Shown: positions 45,265 to 55,751 of the stretch, in pieces
Layout: the number at the start of each line of letters is the position of its first letter
How positions within the stretch are numbered: position 1 is the stretch's first letter
IMG/VR virus record: IMGVR_UViG_3300027790_000002
Reading direction: 5' to 3' (one strand)
Length of the DNA: 64,000 bases
Source: a virus
Program-made: the position numbers and the translations under genes
The notes under the pieces: model-generated
Databases searched by the model: none
The model's input: only the letters and a program-made list of their open reading frames with translations
What the model was told of the DNA's origin: nothing

Positions 45265-45705
45265 TTACCGGTTCGCAAATTCATATCTGTATTCAATAGA
45301 CCTTGAGATGCCGCGAAACAGGCCATCGCCTTCCGCATCAACGAATGGCGCAAGCCCGCCCATAAAATAGACGTTATCGATTTGCCTGCCTATGAAGAGA
45401 TTGGCGACCACTGACATGATGCCGCGCGCCACTTGCATATTTTTTGTTTTTGCAATGAAGACATGAATCTGAAATGCGCCCATGCCGTCCCAAGCGTTGT
45501 TTCCGAAATTGCCATATTCGTCCTTGTTCAGACTATGCCCCGGAAACTCCACCTCCACAAAATTGGTCGATGCGGTACGCGGCTGGCGAACATTCGCCGG
45601 GTCGTCCAAATCCCTGAATGTCGCCGTGCCCACGGAAAGCTCGTCAATAAGCACCTGCTTAACGCGGCTGGGGACATAGTCTTCGTCGTATGTTTCAAGC
45701 GTCAT
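45265..45705 (-). CDS. tail-completion / neck protein (146 aa)
   Basis: position in head-tail joining block. Confidence 0.35.
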   Translation of the reverse strand: MTLETYDEDYVPSRVKQVLIDELSVGTATFRDLDDPANVRQPRTASTNFVEVEFPGHSLNKDEYGNFGNNAWDGMGAFQIHVFIAKTKNMQVARGIMSVVANLFIGRQIDNVYFMGGLAPFVDAEGDGLFRGISRSIEYRYEFANR

Positions 45706-46367
45706 TTCGGGTCCGCCGTAATGGTGGGCCAGCGGCGTATGCGATTGATAGCCACTTGCCCTTTGTGTCTTGTTCCATGGTCCAGAATGAGCGCCTCCAG
45801 TCCGGGCACCGTTTCGTAACTGAACTGCAAATAAAATAGATTGCTGTACCGCTTTTTGATTTGCGGCAGCACCAGCGCCTCAAGCCAGCCGTTCGGGCGC
45901 GACTTGGAAAGCCCTGCAGCGATTTTCCGGGCATACGGCACGGTGTTGACCCAGCTTATTGGCGAAACCCCGTCATATTCGGTCGCCAGCGGGTTTACGC
46001 GCTTGCCATTGACAATGACCGCCCAGCTTTCCGCGTAGGTCATTGTGGGGTCTTTGTCGTTGGCGCCGCTCCGCGGGCTTACCATTTTCAGCAGCTGCGA
46101 CGTCCATTGGATAATGTCGCTGCCAAACTCAAAGTCCAGCACGGCATGGTTTTCCATGTCACGCACGGCTTTGCCAACGATTCCGTCAACGCTCAGCGTT
46201 TCGCCTGGCGCATAGCCCAGCACCTGCCGGTTCTGTTCGCGGGCGCGGTCGAAAATCTGGTCGGCGGCGACTTCCAAGAGATCCCGCTCATATTCTGTGA
46301 CCGTGGCGATCGCCAACGTGATTTGTTCGTCAAAAGCCTTGAATTTTGCGGAGCGGCGACCGGCCAT
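45702..46367 (-). CDS. head-tail joining protein (221 aa)
   Basis: position; 4-nt overlaps. Confidence 0.35.
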   Translation of the reverse strand: MAGRRSAKFKAFDEQITLAIATVTEYERDLLEVAADQIFDRAREQNRQVLGYAPGETLSVDGIVGKAVRDMENHAVLDFEFGSDIIQWTSQLLKMVSPRSGANDKDPTMTYAESWAVIVNGKRVNPLATEYDGVSPISWVNTVPYARKIAAGLSKSRPNGWLEALVLPQIKKRYSNLFYLQFSYETVPGLEALILDHGTRHKGQVAINRIRRWPTITADPK

Positions 46368-46369
46368 GG

Positions 46370-46813
46370 CTACACCCGCGAATAAGGTGCGCCCTGCCAG
46401 ACCAGCTCGTAACGCACGGGCAAGCCTTCATGGTAAGCCGGCACGGCGTGTTCAATAATCCCGCTGAACTCCGGGCAATCAAAGGTGTCGTATCGCTGCG
46501 GCCCCTGCGGATCCAGAAACCCGACCTCGGCCCAGTCGAGCGCGGAAATAAACATTTTGCCAATGATGGCCTGGTCAGCGGCCGCGACGATTTCCGTTCC
46601 CTCAATTGGCGGGATATACGCTTTGACCGCGCGCGACGGCTCGCCAGCCCGCGCATAGGTGACGTTGCCGCCGCGTTTTTGCACCCAGCGTTTAGCCTGC
46701 TTGTGCCATTTGCTGGTGTATGTCGGCGCCGCGATAATGGCGACGCTGGCGAAGTCTCCGTCCAGATCGCCGCCAAAGATGTAATCGTCGTATGGCGAAG
46801 CTCCCAGCAACAT
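46370..46813 (-). CDS. head-tail joining protein (147 aa)
   Basis: position. Confidence 0.35.
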   Translation of the reverse strand: MLLGASPYDDYIFGGDLDGDFASVAIIAAPTYTSKWHKQAKRWVQKRGGNVTYARAGEPSRAVKAYIPPIEGTEIVAAADQAIIGKMFISALDWAEVGFLDPQGPQRYDTFDCPEFSGIIEHAVPAYHEGLPVRYELVWQGAPYSRV

Positions 46814-47508
46814 TAGATTAGCCTCACATGTTCGCTAAGATAGCTGACCGCTTCGGCAGGTATGCCGCCATAGCGGCTGGTGTCAGACCAGCGCTTCGAT
46901 AGGGTGCCCAAATCGTCGGCAGTGTCGGTTTCCGCAATTAGGCCGAACTCCTCGCGCGACTGGCTGCCGTAAAGCTGCTGTGCAATGATAATGACGCCGC
47001 GCGCAATATCGGTCGGCATCGCCGGACCGGTCGGCGGTGAGGCTTCCGCCGCCTGCACGGGCGACACATAACCGGCGGCCATAGTGACTTCGATAACCGC
47101 GCCGGCGCGCCAATAGCGTTCGGTGGCCGTTGGCAAATAACTGATAATGCCGATGGGCTGAATAAACAGGTCGGCCAAATCGACGGCGACGCCGTCCACC
47201 GTTACGCCCGTAACCTCCACCGGCGACAGCGACAGGTAAAGTTCTTTGTAGCGCGGCGCGTAAGGGTCCGCTTGGATAATGATTTGCTCAACAACGGTTT
47301 GTCTGGCGAAGGTCGCGGGTGCGGCCTCCACCGTTCTGACATCGCAGTATTTTGAAGCTATGTCCGACGCCTGCAGCAGCAGTTCGTTCAAATCATCGGT
47401 GGTGACCGAAGAAAGGGACTCCGCCTTACTTGCCTTTGCCGCCGTTACCAGTTGGCGGTTTGGGTGACTTGTCGTCGGCGCCAGTCTTAATTGCCGTCTT
47501 ATCAGCAT
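46813..47508 (-). CDS. head-tail connector-like protein (231 aa)
   Basis: position. Confidence 0.35.
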   Translation of the reverse strand: MLIRRQLRLAPTTSHPNRQLVTAAKASKAESLSSVTTDDLNELLLQASDIASKYCDVRTVEAAPATFARQTVVEQIIIQADPYAPRYKELYLSLSPVEVTGVTVDGVAVDLADLFIQPIGIISYLPTATERYWRAGAVIEVTMAAGYVSPVQAAEASPPTGPAMPTDIARGVIIIAQQLYGSQSREEFGLIAETDTADDLGTLSKRWSDTSRYGGIPAEAVSYLSEHVRLI

Positions 47509-47734
47509 CGTCCGCCTTCGCTTCCGCAGGTTCTGTGACGGCTGCGGCCTTCACTTCTGCGTCGCGTTCTGACGCCAGAACCGCCTTGCCGCGAACAATC
47601 CAAAAGTTTGCGCTGGCTTCCGGCAGTTCAACGGCCTTTGTTTCATCCGCCTTGTACGTTTTGACAATTTCGCGGTTATCGTCTTCGACGTGGGCGTCAA
47701 AGAGGAAATAAACGCTGACCTTTTTTTCTGCCAT
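47426..47734 (-). CDS. hypothetical structural protein (102 aa), Lys/Ala-rich tail
   Basis: ORF track. Confidence 0.3.
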   Translation of the reverse strand: MAEKKVSVYFLFDAHVEDDNREIVKTYKADETKAVELPEASANFWIVRGKAVLASERDAEVKAAAVTEPAEAKADDADKTAIKTGADDKSPKPPTGNGGKGK

Positions 47735-47773
47735 GTTTCCCTCGCAATAAGCGGTAAAAAATCAGCCGCCGGA

Positions 47774-48208
47774 TTAAGGGCGCACCGACACGGTTTGCAC
47801 GACAGTCGCTTTGTTGCGCGAAACGCCCGGGATAACCTCAAACGGTTCGTAGCCCAGAAGCAATGCGGAAAGAAGCGTGGCGCCGCCAGCTGCATCGACC
47901 ATGCGGATGTGCGTCTTGCCTTGCGGAATGGCGCGCTGGCGCAGTTCGATAGTCGCCTGCTTGCTGGACGCGCTCGCCTGCGCAATCGTCACAAGCGCAT
48001 GGTCCGTAATGTCAACCGGATTGTCGCCGGCGACGTTGTCCGCAGCCTGCAGTTTGAAATCGACATCGCCGCCCGCGCCTGCGCCAGTCATGAGAATGGC
48101 CAAGAACTTGGCGTGGTCCTTTGCGGCAACCCATGCGCCGTTGCCGCCAGTGCCGGACGCCGGGTCAAGAGCGTCCAAAATGGAGATGTTTTCCAGTGGC
48201 ATGTGCAT
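47774..48208 (-). CDS. head decoration/accessory capsid protein candidate (144 aa)
   Basis: immediately downstream of major capsid gene. Confidence 0.35.
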   Translation of the reverse strand: MHMPLENISILDALDPASGTGGNGAWVAAKDHAKFLAILMTGAGAGGDVDFKLQAADNVAGDNPVDITDHALVTIAQASASSKQATIELRQRAIPQGKTHIRMVDAAGGATLLSALLLGYEPFEVIPGVSRNKATVVQTVSVRP

Positions 48209-48265
48209 AGTCTTGGCTCCTCTTGACCAAGCGCGCCGCGCCTAATGGCGCGGCAGGCTTAAAAA

Positions 48266-49813
48266 TTACGCACGCTGCGCGACTGCGGCGGCGAAGCTGC
48301 GCGCCGTCGCGCTGTTTGGTTCGGTAATCGGCTGGCCCCATTTCGGGCGGCCGCCGACGTAAATGATGAAGCGGAATACGCCTTTGTCCTGCAGGAACTG
48401 GGCGTGAATGGAGAAATCCGACCGCAGGTTTTCGCCAAACACAATCAGGTATTTGGAGAAGTCGATAGCGGCAAGGTCGCCCACATCGCCGAGCGCTTTT
48501 GCGTGCGGCGTGTAGATGACTTCACGGCCTTTGAGGACCATGTGCGGCGCAGTCGCCATGGAATTGCCCGGCAGATAAATCGGGCGGTTGTCGGCGCCGA
48601 CCATTTCTTCGAGTTCCGGCTCCACGTCGGAGTTCGCAACCCACTTGAATGCCGGATTGGTGCGGCATTGCGCATGCACAAGGTTGTGCGCGCCGTTCAC
48701 GTTCTTGCGCACCACAGTCGCGGCCGTCTGACCGGATTCCTTGGCGCGAATCGCGAGAGCGCCGGAACGGTAAATGCCAAGCGGCTTGCCGATGCCGTCG
48801 CCATCAAGAATGACGCGGTTCAGTTCTTCGGCAATGTTGGCCGGAGCGCTGGTGCGGATAAGCTGTTCCATTTGCGACGAATTGCGCAGCACTTCATGAG
48901 TCGCGCGCACCGCAATGGCGTATTTGTGAAGGTCCGTTTGCATTTTGGTGAGGTTCGGCTGCGATAGCGGAATCGTGTCGCCCTCATCCAACCATGTGCC
49001 TGTCACGCCGTCGGTATTTTTCCATGGCTCGTCTTCGTCCAAGAACCAGACATAACGGTCCGATTTGGAGTCCCAGCGCGAGCAAAGGCCAACAAGATTG
49101 GCCGAACCGTCAACCTTTTTCTTGATGTCATTTGCGATGTCAGGCGGAATCGGGAAAGCGCCGTCTTCACCAAACGACGCATTGGCGTCCATGCGCTTTT
49201 GCATCTGCAGGAGGCAGTTGCGGAGTTTGTCGGACTGGAAACCGCCGGCGGCTGCGCGCACATCTTCCATGAAGTGCGAACCGCTGTTGAAACCGAGCAT
49301 GCCCGGCGCGATGCGCAGCGGTTGAACGTCAGTACGCTGACGCGATGAACGGCGGTCGCTGTTGGTCGGCGGGCTGCGGCGCGACGCGCGGCGCTGGCGG
49401 GCCGTCTGCACCGGTTCGTCGTCATCGTCGATGGTATCGTCATCGTCGGACGGTTCCGGGTCGCTCAGACGCGCGTTCGGTTCGGAGTCGGCGCGAAGCT
49501 GGTCAATGTGTTCCTGCCGGCGCTCAATGTCGCGGGTCAGGCGCTTAATTTCAGCTTGGTTTTCCTTGACGGTTTTGTCTTCGTCATCGCTTGCGTCGCG
49601 CTTTTCGTCGTCAATCTTGGCGAAAATCGTGGCGTTTTCTTCGGTAAGATGCGCGATGTCTTCGCGCATTTCCCGAATGCGAGTTTCCTGCCCCGCGATT
49701 TCTTCGCTGTCGGTTTCGGCATCGCCCTCCATTCGGACAATGGCGCCGAGGGCAACCAGCGACGCAAAGTGCGCCTCAAGGTTTGCAAAAACATTAAGTT
49801 TACGCTTTGTCAT
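48266..49813 (-). CDS. major capsid protein, HK97 fold, with N-terminal coiled-coil scaffold/delta domain
   Basis: N-terminal 170 aa charged coiled coil, C-terminal region typical HK97-family; follows prohead protease. Confidence 0.8.
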   Translation of the reverse strand: MTKRKLNVFANLEAHFASLVALGAIVRMEGDAETDSEEIAGQETRIREMREDIAHLTEENATIFAKIDDEKRDASDDEDKTVKENQAEIKRLTRDIERRQEHIDQLRADSEPNARLSDPEPSDDDDTIDDDDEPVQTARQRRASRRSPPTNSDRRSSRQRTDVQPLRIAPGMLGFNSGSHFMEDVRAAAGGFQSDKLRNCLLQMQKRMDANASFGEDGAFPIPPDIANDIKKKVDGSANLVGLCSRWDSKSDRYVWFLDEDEPWKNTDGVTGTWLDEGDTIPLSQPNLTKMQTDLHKYAIAVRATHEVLRNSSQMEQLIRTSAPANIAEELNRVILDGDGIGKPLGIYRSGALAIRAKESGQTAATVVRKNVNGAHNLVHAQCRTNPAFKWVANSDVEPELEEMVGADNRPIYLPGNSMATAPHMVLKGREVIYTPHAKALGDVGDLAAIDFSKYLIVFGENLRSDFSIHAQFLQDKGVFRFIIYVGGRPKWGQPITEPNSATARSFAAAVAQRA

Positions 49814-49878
49814 TGAAACCGCTCCTCTGGCGCGTCGTCTTCTGCGCCAAGGGTTAGAGCGGTTTCCGAACCCTTGAA

Positions 49879-50649
49879 CTAAAGCGCCGCAGTTTTCAGG
49901 TCCAGGATTTCCTGCTGCCTGCGAAGGTTCGACAATTTCGGTCTTTCAGGGTCATGCGGCCGCATCATTTGCGCCGCACGTTGCTGGTGCATCTGGCGCA
50001 AATCGTCAAAGTCCGCGACGCGGTAGCGTTCGTTTTCGGCCTTGATTTCATCGTCTTTGTTGAGGCGACCTGTGGCGAATCCCTTGCTGATAGCCTGCGA
50101 CGCCGACATTTCAGTTTCGGCGGTCAGCATTGACAGGATTTCCTTTGCGCTCAGCTTTTTCGCCTGCTGGCGGTAAAGCTCAACAAAGTCGTCGGTCATG
50201 CTTTTGAGGTCTTCCGCGACCTTGTAGAAAATATCGTCGTTGCCGGCGGCGACGGCCCACGGCTTATGAATAAACAGCCTTGAAGCGGTGCCCATCAAGA
50301 TTTCATCGCCAGCCATAGCAACCACCGACGCAGCCGAGCCGGCCAGCCCATGCACTTCCGTGCGCACATGCGCGTCGTGCTGCACCAGCAAATTGTAGAT
50401 GGCCGCCCCGTCGAAAGCGCTACCGCCCGGCGAATTGATTTTCACCACAATTTCGTCGATGTCGCCGGCGGAGGCCAGTTGCGGTGCAAATCTCGCAACA
50501 TCGAACCCAAGCCAGTCGATGAAATCAAAGATGTGAACGACCAGCTGCTTGCCGGACTTTTTCATGTGCGGCGCTGTGGATGACGAGGCTTGGTCCGCCT
50601 TCGTCTTCCTCATCTGACGGTTCGGAACTTGGATTTGCTGTTTCGCCAT
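49879..50649 (-). CDS. prohead protease, ClpP/S14 family
   Basis: INSPGGSAFDGAAIYNLL...VHGLAGSAASVVAMAGDEILM matches ClpP-type Ser-His region. Confidence 0.8.
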   Translation of the reverse strand: MAKQQIQVPNRQMRKTKADQASSSTAPHMKKSGKQLVVHIFDFIDWLGFDVARFAPQLASAGDIDEIVVKINSPGGSAFDGAAIYNLLVQHDAHVRTEVHGLAGSAASVVAMAGDEILMGTASRLFIHKPWAVAAGNDDIFYKVAEDLKSMTDDFVELYRQQAKKLSAKEILSMLTAETEMSASQAISKGFATGRLNKDDEIKAENERYRVADFDDLRQMHQQRAAQMMRPHDPERPKLSNLRRQQEILDLKTAAL

Positions 50650-51976
50650 TTTCTTCTCCGACTTTTTCCCATGTGGTCATGCCCTGCTGCACGACGAATT
50701 TCTTACCAAAGCCGCCTGGTTGCGGATCTTCACCGCGGCGGGTGCGGGCCTCATCCGGGCAGCTCTGGCCACTGTGAATGCGCATGCTTTCCGCTTCCGC
50801 GACCGACTTGGCGTCGCCTTCGCGCAGCCAATCAAGGTCAAATCTGCATTCAAGGCTAGATTGAGCCCCCAGCACCTTGTAATTCAATTCTTCACGGATC
50901 CTTTGGGCCCACGGCGTGACCGCGTCCCGCACAAACTCGATGCCTTGGTGTTCGATGTTGTTGTTGGTCGAACGCAGCAGGTGCTGAACCTTGTGAGGCG
51001 GCACGCGGAAAAACCGGCAGATTTCCTCAATTAAGTGCTGTTCGGTTTGGATAAACTGGGCTTTGTCAGGCTCGATTCCCATCGGTTTGTAATCAAACTG
51101 GTCCGGCATCACATAGGTGCCATGGGCGCGACGGGCGCCGGCGAATTGGCCGCGCAAGGCCCCGGCGTATTTTTCCGCGTTCTCAAGGCCGATGCGTTCT
51201 TTCGGGAGGAAAACGCCGCCAAAATTGGTGCCGTTCCGGTAGAACGCCGAGCCGAAATCCCTTGTGGCGACCGCCCGGCTCAGAACGTCCCGGGCGAACT
51301 CAACCACGCTGCAGGTGTTTTCACCGTCTAGGGCAAAACCCCGAATAAAGAACATGTCCTCGTGGTGAATATAGGCGTCTTCACTGGTGTAGTTATGGAC
51401 GCGAAACCACAGCTCTTTTGTTTCCGGGTGCCGTTCGCGGCAGATGCGGTCGTAGTGAATTGGATAAAGCGCAACAGCGCGGCCGCGCCCATCCCGCACA
51501 ATTTCGGCAAAGCCGCCCTTACCCAAAAGGGCGTTGACGCAAATCGTCATGATGAAATCAAAAGCGGTTTGCTCAGGGTTCGGGCGATCATTCAGCAGCT
51601 TGTGGTAACGCCCGAAAAGCTGGACCTTGTTCTTTTCTTCGTCGCGCGTGAACACCTGCAGATTGCTGGCGGCGATCGCTTCCGAAATCGCCATGATGCA
51701 AGCCCAGACCGTGGAAAGGGAAAGCGCCACATATTCGTCGACATAGACGTCGTCATCCGCCGGAAATCCCCAAAACAGGCTGCCCCGCGGCTGCGCCGGG
51801 TTTATCTGGCGATTGCCGGCGCCGGCGAAGGTGAACCGCATTTGCGGGTCGGGCAAGGCAAACGACACGCTGGCGGGCGCAACGGCATAGGGCTGCGAAT
51901 AGGCCGGCGCGGGTTCCGGCGTCGGGGCTGGCGTCATGAACGCTTGGAAGCGTTGAAGCAATGTCGGTCCGGCCAT
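50525..51976 (-). CDS. portal protein (HK97-type)
   Basis: size and position between TerL and protease; overlaps protease gene start. Confidence 0.7.
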   Translation of the reverse strand: MAGPTLLQRFQAFMTPAPTPEPAPAYSQPYAVAPASVSFALPDPQMRFTFAGAGNRQINPAQPRGSLFWGFPADDDVYVDEYVALSLSTVWACIMAISEAIAASNLQVFTRDEEKNKVQLFGRYHKLLNDRPNPEQTAFDFIMTICVNALLGKGGFAEIVRDGRGRAVALYPIHYDRICRERHPETKELWFRVHNYTSEDAYIHHEDMFFIRGFALDGENTCSVVEFARDVLSRAVATRDFGSAFYRNGTNFGGVFLPKERIGLENAEKYAGALRGQFAGARRAHGTYVMPDQFDYKPMGIEPDKAQFIQTEQHLIEEICRFFRVPPHKVQHLLRSTNNNIEHQGIEFVRDAVTPWAQRIREELNYKVLGAQSSLECRFDLDWLREGDAKSVAEAESMRIHSGQSCPDEARTRRGEDPQPGGFGKKFVVQQGMTTWEKVGEENGETANPSSEPSDEEDEGGPSLVIHSAAHEKVRQAAGRSHL

Positions 51977-51977
51977 G

Positions 51978-53690
51978 TTAAACCTTCACTATTCCGGGCT
52001 CGAACGGCAGGGGCGCCACCTGCATGCGCCCATACGCCATTAACATAGCCACGGGCCCGTCGATTTTGTTCTCATAAACGCCGTTTGCTTTCGCAGGGTA
52101 GTCCAAGTCATCACGGGTTGTTGTCTTGCGCACCACGTTTGAAATCATCCACGTCATGACCTGGTTGTCATCATGAGTGACTTTGCCCTCCACGACTAGC
52201 CCGTCGCAGGTTTTCATGGGCTCGCTCATGTAAGCCGCCTTGTTCGGAAACTCCGCAAGCAGCGGCATGAGCTCCGGGTTCAGCTGCACCAGCTGCACAA
52301 ATGCAATCGAGTGGGATTTATCGAACGCGACTTCGCGGACTTGGTGAATTTTCCGCCAGCGTTTTATATCGTCCACCACTTCCTGCACATCAACCATGGC
52401 CCCGTCTGTCAGGTGGATATGACCGCTTTCCGCCCACACGGCCATATCGGAGTCAAGGTCATAAAGGTCGTCCAGCGTCCGCTTGGGCAAATAGAATTTA
52501 GGGATAATATGAAAGCCGCCATTTGGCTTGGGAAACAGGCGCAAGGCGACAGTGAGGTCGCGCCAGCCCGAAAGGTCAACGCCAATATAACATTCATTGC
52601 CGTGCCAGTATTCCTCGGCGCGTTCCGCTTCCGGCGCCGCTGATTTAATCCATGCCTCCACATCAAAATAGGATTCTTCGGAACCCTGCCAGATATTCAA
52701 GTGTTTGATTTTGAACCGGGACGCTTTACGAACCGACGCCACGGCGGCCTGCTGGTCTGACTGCAGCTGCGCTTTTGGAAAAATCGACCCATAGCCCGGA
52801 TTTGCTTTGGCGAGCGATTCCTCTGTTTTCCAGTCGTCACCATCGTCGATGGTGAAAATCATGATGAACCAGTCTGGCCGTTTCAACACGCCCAGCAGCG
52901 CCTTTTCGGCGTCTTTCACATAGCGATAGCACGGCCCCTCAATGTTTATGCCGGCAGTCGTTGTCACCAGAATTAGCGGCTGCATGCGCGAAATCATGCC
53001 GGTTTTCATGGTGTCAAACTGGGCGTCGGTAGCGTGTTCATGGTATTCGTCGCAGCAATATAGATGCGGGTCGCCGCCGTCTTCCGGGTTCCCAATAAGC
53101 TTTTCCATTTTCGACATTGTCGCTTCGACGGAAATGTTTTCCGCCTCCACCTTCACATGGAAGTGGTCTTTTATGTGCGGGTTGAGAGCCAGCATTCGCT
53201 TGGCCGCTTTGAAAATGTAGTTGGCCTGGCGCTCGTTTCGCCCGCCGCAATAGACCTCTGCGGCGTCTTCGCCGTCAGCCAGCAACGCATAAAGAGCGAG
53301 CGCCGCAGCAAATTCGGACTTGCCGTTCTTTCTTGGAACAAACAAAAGGGCTTCGCGATAGCGGCGAAACCCTGACTCTTTGCTGACCCAACCGAAAAGG
53401 TTGATGACGACGAAAGTTTGCCACGGCTGCAGCACCAGCTTTGGCCGTTCATGTCTTTTGAATTTGCCTTTGACTTTCGTCAGCGGCATTTGTTCAATGA
53501 AAAACGCCGCCTTTTCCGCCGCTTCCAAGTCCAGTTCGTATGGGAAGTCCGGGTCGGAAATCTTCTCGATGTCATCAAGGAAACGCTGACACTGCAGCTT
53601 TATCCAGCGGCTGGCTGGTATTTCCCCGTCAACTACGCCCAGCGCGTAATAAGCAGCCTCCTCATAATATTGACGCTGTGCTGCCGCCAT
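51978..53690 (-). CDS. terL: terminase large subunit
   Basis: ATPase N-domain then CCDEYHEH...ILVTTTAG nuclease-type motifs. Confidence 0.85.
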   Translation of the reverse strand: MAAAQRQYYEEAAYYALGVVDGEIPASRWIKLQCQRFLDDIEKISDPDFPYELDLEAAEKAAFFIEQMPLTKVKGKFKRHERPKLVLQPWQTFVVINLFGWVSKESGFRRYREALLFVPRKNGKSEFAAALALYALLADGEDAAEVYCGGRNERQANYIFKAAKRMLALNPHIKDHFHVKVEAENISVEATMSKMEKLIGNPEDGGDPHLYCCDEYHEHATDAQFDTMKTGMISRMQPLILVTTTAGINIEGPCYRYVKDAEKALLGVLKRPDWFIMIFTIDDGDDWKTEESLAKANPGYGSIFPKAQLQSDQQAAVASVRKASRFKIKHLNIWQGSEESYFDVEAWIKSAAPEAERAEEYWHGNECYIGVDLSGWRDLTVALRLFPKPNGGFHIIPKFYLPKRTLDDLYDLDSDMAVWAESGHIHLTDGAMVDVQEVVDDIKRWRKIHQVREVAFDKSHSIAFVQLVQLNPELMPLLAEFPNKAAYMSEPMKTCDGLVVEGKVTHDDNQVMTWMISNVVRKTTTRDDLDYPAKANGVYENKIDGPVAMLMAYGRMQVAPLPFEPGIVKV

Positions 53691-53693
53691 TCA

Positions 53694-54200
53694 TTAAGCC
53701 GCTCCATCATTCGGGAACAGGTCAGAAAACGGATTGACGTTGTCGCCGCCGTTGCCGGCGGAAATCCGGCTGCGCGAACTGGGCGTGCCGCCAAACTCAG
53801 TGGCCAGCGATTTGTAAAGTTCCATGGCCTTGTTCGCTGTTCCCACCAGCGGGCTTTGGATTTTGTTGCCGTTGGTGGTGCCGACCATAAGGCCGTAATG
53901 GTTCTGGTCTTTTTCGCGATACTTCAAAAGCGCCGCCTCGGCATCCTGCCAGCGACCGTATGCCGTGCAAAGCGCGCTGAACGCCCCGCCGTCGATTTCG
54001 GTCAAAATCTGCAGCTTTGAAAGCTTTGGCGCGAGTAAATTCCAATGCGCCAAGGCGCGCGGGTGGTTCGCGACCGATTCCGCAGCTTCCGGCAGAACAA
54101 GGTCGGGCTTAGGCTCGTTTTCGTTTGTCGGCCTTTTGCCTGGATTGCCGCGCACTAGCTTTAGATGGCTGGGCAGCGGCTTTCGTCCGGGTGTCGCCAT
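53694..54200 (-). CDS. terS: terminase small subunit (P27 family)
   Basis: N-terminal GRKPLPSHLKLVRGNPGKRP matches P27-family signature. Confidence 0.7.
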   Translation of the reverse strand: MATPGRKPLPSHLKLVRGNPGKRPTNENEPKPDLVLPEAAESVANHPRALAHWNLLAPKLSKLQILTEIDGGAFSALCTAYGRWQDAEAALLKYREKDQNHYGLMVGTTNGNKIQSPLVGTANKAMELYKSLATEFGGTPSSRSRISAGNGGDNVNPFSDLFPNDGAA

Positions 54201-55527
54201 TTTCTGCTAACTCCTGACTGTCTGCGGATCCTGCGCCCTCTTCAATCTTGGCAGTTCCTTCCGCTTTCTTGAAATCAATTTCATTGTAGCGCTTGCCATC
54301 TGATTCGCGGATAGCGTCTTTGCCGGTATGGTCTTGCCAGCGGCGAATAGCGACATCGACGAATTTTGGCGAAAGTTCGCACACAAACGCCCGGCGGCCT
54401 GTCCGTTCACACGCAATAATCGTCGAACCGCTGCCGCCGAAAGGGTCGCATACCGTCGCGGCGAAGTCGTTTACGTTAATGATTTTCTCGAGTAGCGCGA
54501 CCGGTTTTTCTGTTGGGTGGTTTTTGTTGCCGCTGCGCTGTTCGGTAATCACATTGCCTTGCGCGCTTTTCGGGTCAAACGGCTGCTTTACCTTTGTGGC
54601 CGCCATCACCAATTCGTGCTGCATGCGCCAGCCGCGGCCCATGCCCGGCGTGCCCTTATTCCAGACCACCATATTGCGGACGCCGTAGCCGCAACTTTCG
54701 ACGCTTTCAAAAAGGTGATTCCACATGCGCCAGTCGGTGAATATGTAAACGCCGCCGGCTTTGAACCGCTGCAGAATGCGCTCAATCAGTGTTTGGTAGC
54801 CCTTGCTGGAAAGCGTGTCGTTCGCGATTGTCTCATCGCCGCGCGTGCCAATTGAGCCGCTGCCCTTTCCAGCTTCCTGAAAGCCGCCGGAACAGTAGGG
54901 CGGGTCCGTAAGCATGATGTGCGGCCCTTCGCCGGCCAGCAGTTTTTTAACCACCGCCTCGTCGGTGCTGTCGCCGCAGGCGAGGCGGTGGTCGCCTAAA
55001 ATCCAAATGTCGCCTGGCTGGCTGGTCGGGTAAACTGGCGGCGCCGGCACTTCGTCCGGGTCCGTCTTTCCTTTTTCATCTTCGCCGGCAAGGTAGCCTT
55101 TCAGTTCGTTATCGCCGAAGCCGATAAGCGGCAACTCGAAATCCAGCGCCTGCAATTCCTGCAGTTCGAGCGCCAGCATTTCTTCATTCCAGCCGGCGTT
55201 TAGCGCCAACTGGTTGTCGGCAATGATAAACGCCCGGCACTGGGCGTCGGTCCAACCTTCCGCAATGGTTACGGGTACTTTGTCGATTCCAAGGTAACGC
55301 AGCGCCATAACCCGGCCATGCCCGGCGATGATGGTATTATCCGGCTTAATCAAAACGGTGCCGACAAAGCCCCATTCTTTGAACCCGGCCGCCAGTTGGG
55401 CGATTTGCGCGTCGTCATGGGTGCGCGCATTTCGCGCGTATGGCAGCAGTTCGTTGATAGCGCGCCATTCCTTGGCGTCGGTCAAAAACTGAATGGTGGC
55501 CGGTGTGCGTAGCTGTTTCTTAGTCAT
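54109..55527 (-). CDS. ParB-like nuclease domain fused to DNA methyltransferase (DPPY, N6A/N4C class)
   Basis: ParB box TIIAGHGRVMALRYLG; MTase motifs IMLTDPPY and DPFGGSGST; start set to MTKKQL to reduce overlap with terS. Confidence 0.8.
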   Translation of the reverse strand: MTKKQLRTPATIQFLTDAKEWRAINELLPYARNARTHDDAQIAQLAAGFKEWGFVGTVLIKPDNTIIAGHGRVMALRYLGIDKVPVTIAEGWTDAQCRAFIIADNQLALNAGWNEEMLALELQELQALDFELPLIGFGDNELKGYLAGEDEKGKTDPDEVPAPPVYPTSQPGDIWILGDHRLACGDSTDEAVVKKLLAGEGPHIMLTDPPYCSGGFQEAGKGSGSIGTRGDETIANDTLSSKGYQTLIERILQRFKAGGVYIFTDWRMWNHLFESVESCGYGVRNMVVWNKGTPGMGRGWRMQHELVMAATKVKQPFDPKSAQGNVITEQRSGNKNHPTEKPVALLEKIINVNDFAATVCDPFGGSGSTIIACERTGRRAFVCELSPKFVDVAIRRWQDHTGKDAIRESDGKRYNEIDFKKAEGTAKIEEGAGSADSQELAENGDTRTKAAAQPSKASARQSRQKADKRKRA

Positions 55528-55751
55528 GTAGGGCCCTCCGGGGCTGTGGTTGGCGACCCACGGCGACGGCGGGCGCCCGACCCCCGGCCCGGCCCGACCC
55601 CCGGTCGTTAATTTGCGCAATTAAAAGTTTGTGACCCCTGCGCGGTCCCCCCCCTAGGCGGTGAGGATTTGACCCCACCCCCACCGTTGCGCGTAGGCCA
55701 CACTGTCTCGAAATGGACACGGTTGGGACGCGCCCCACGCTGCCGCAGGGG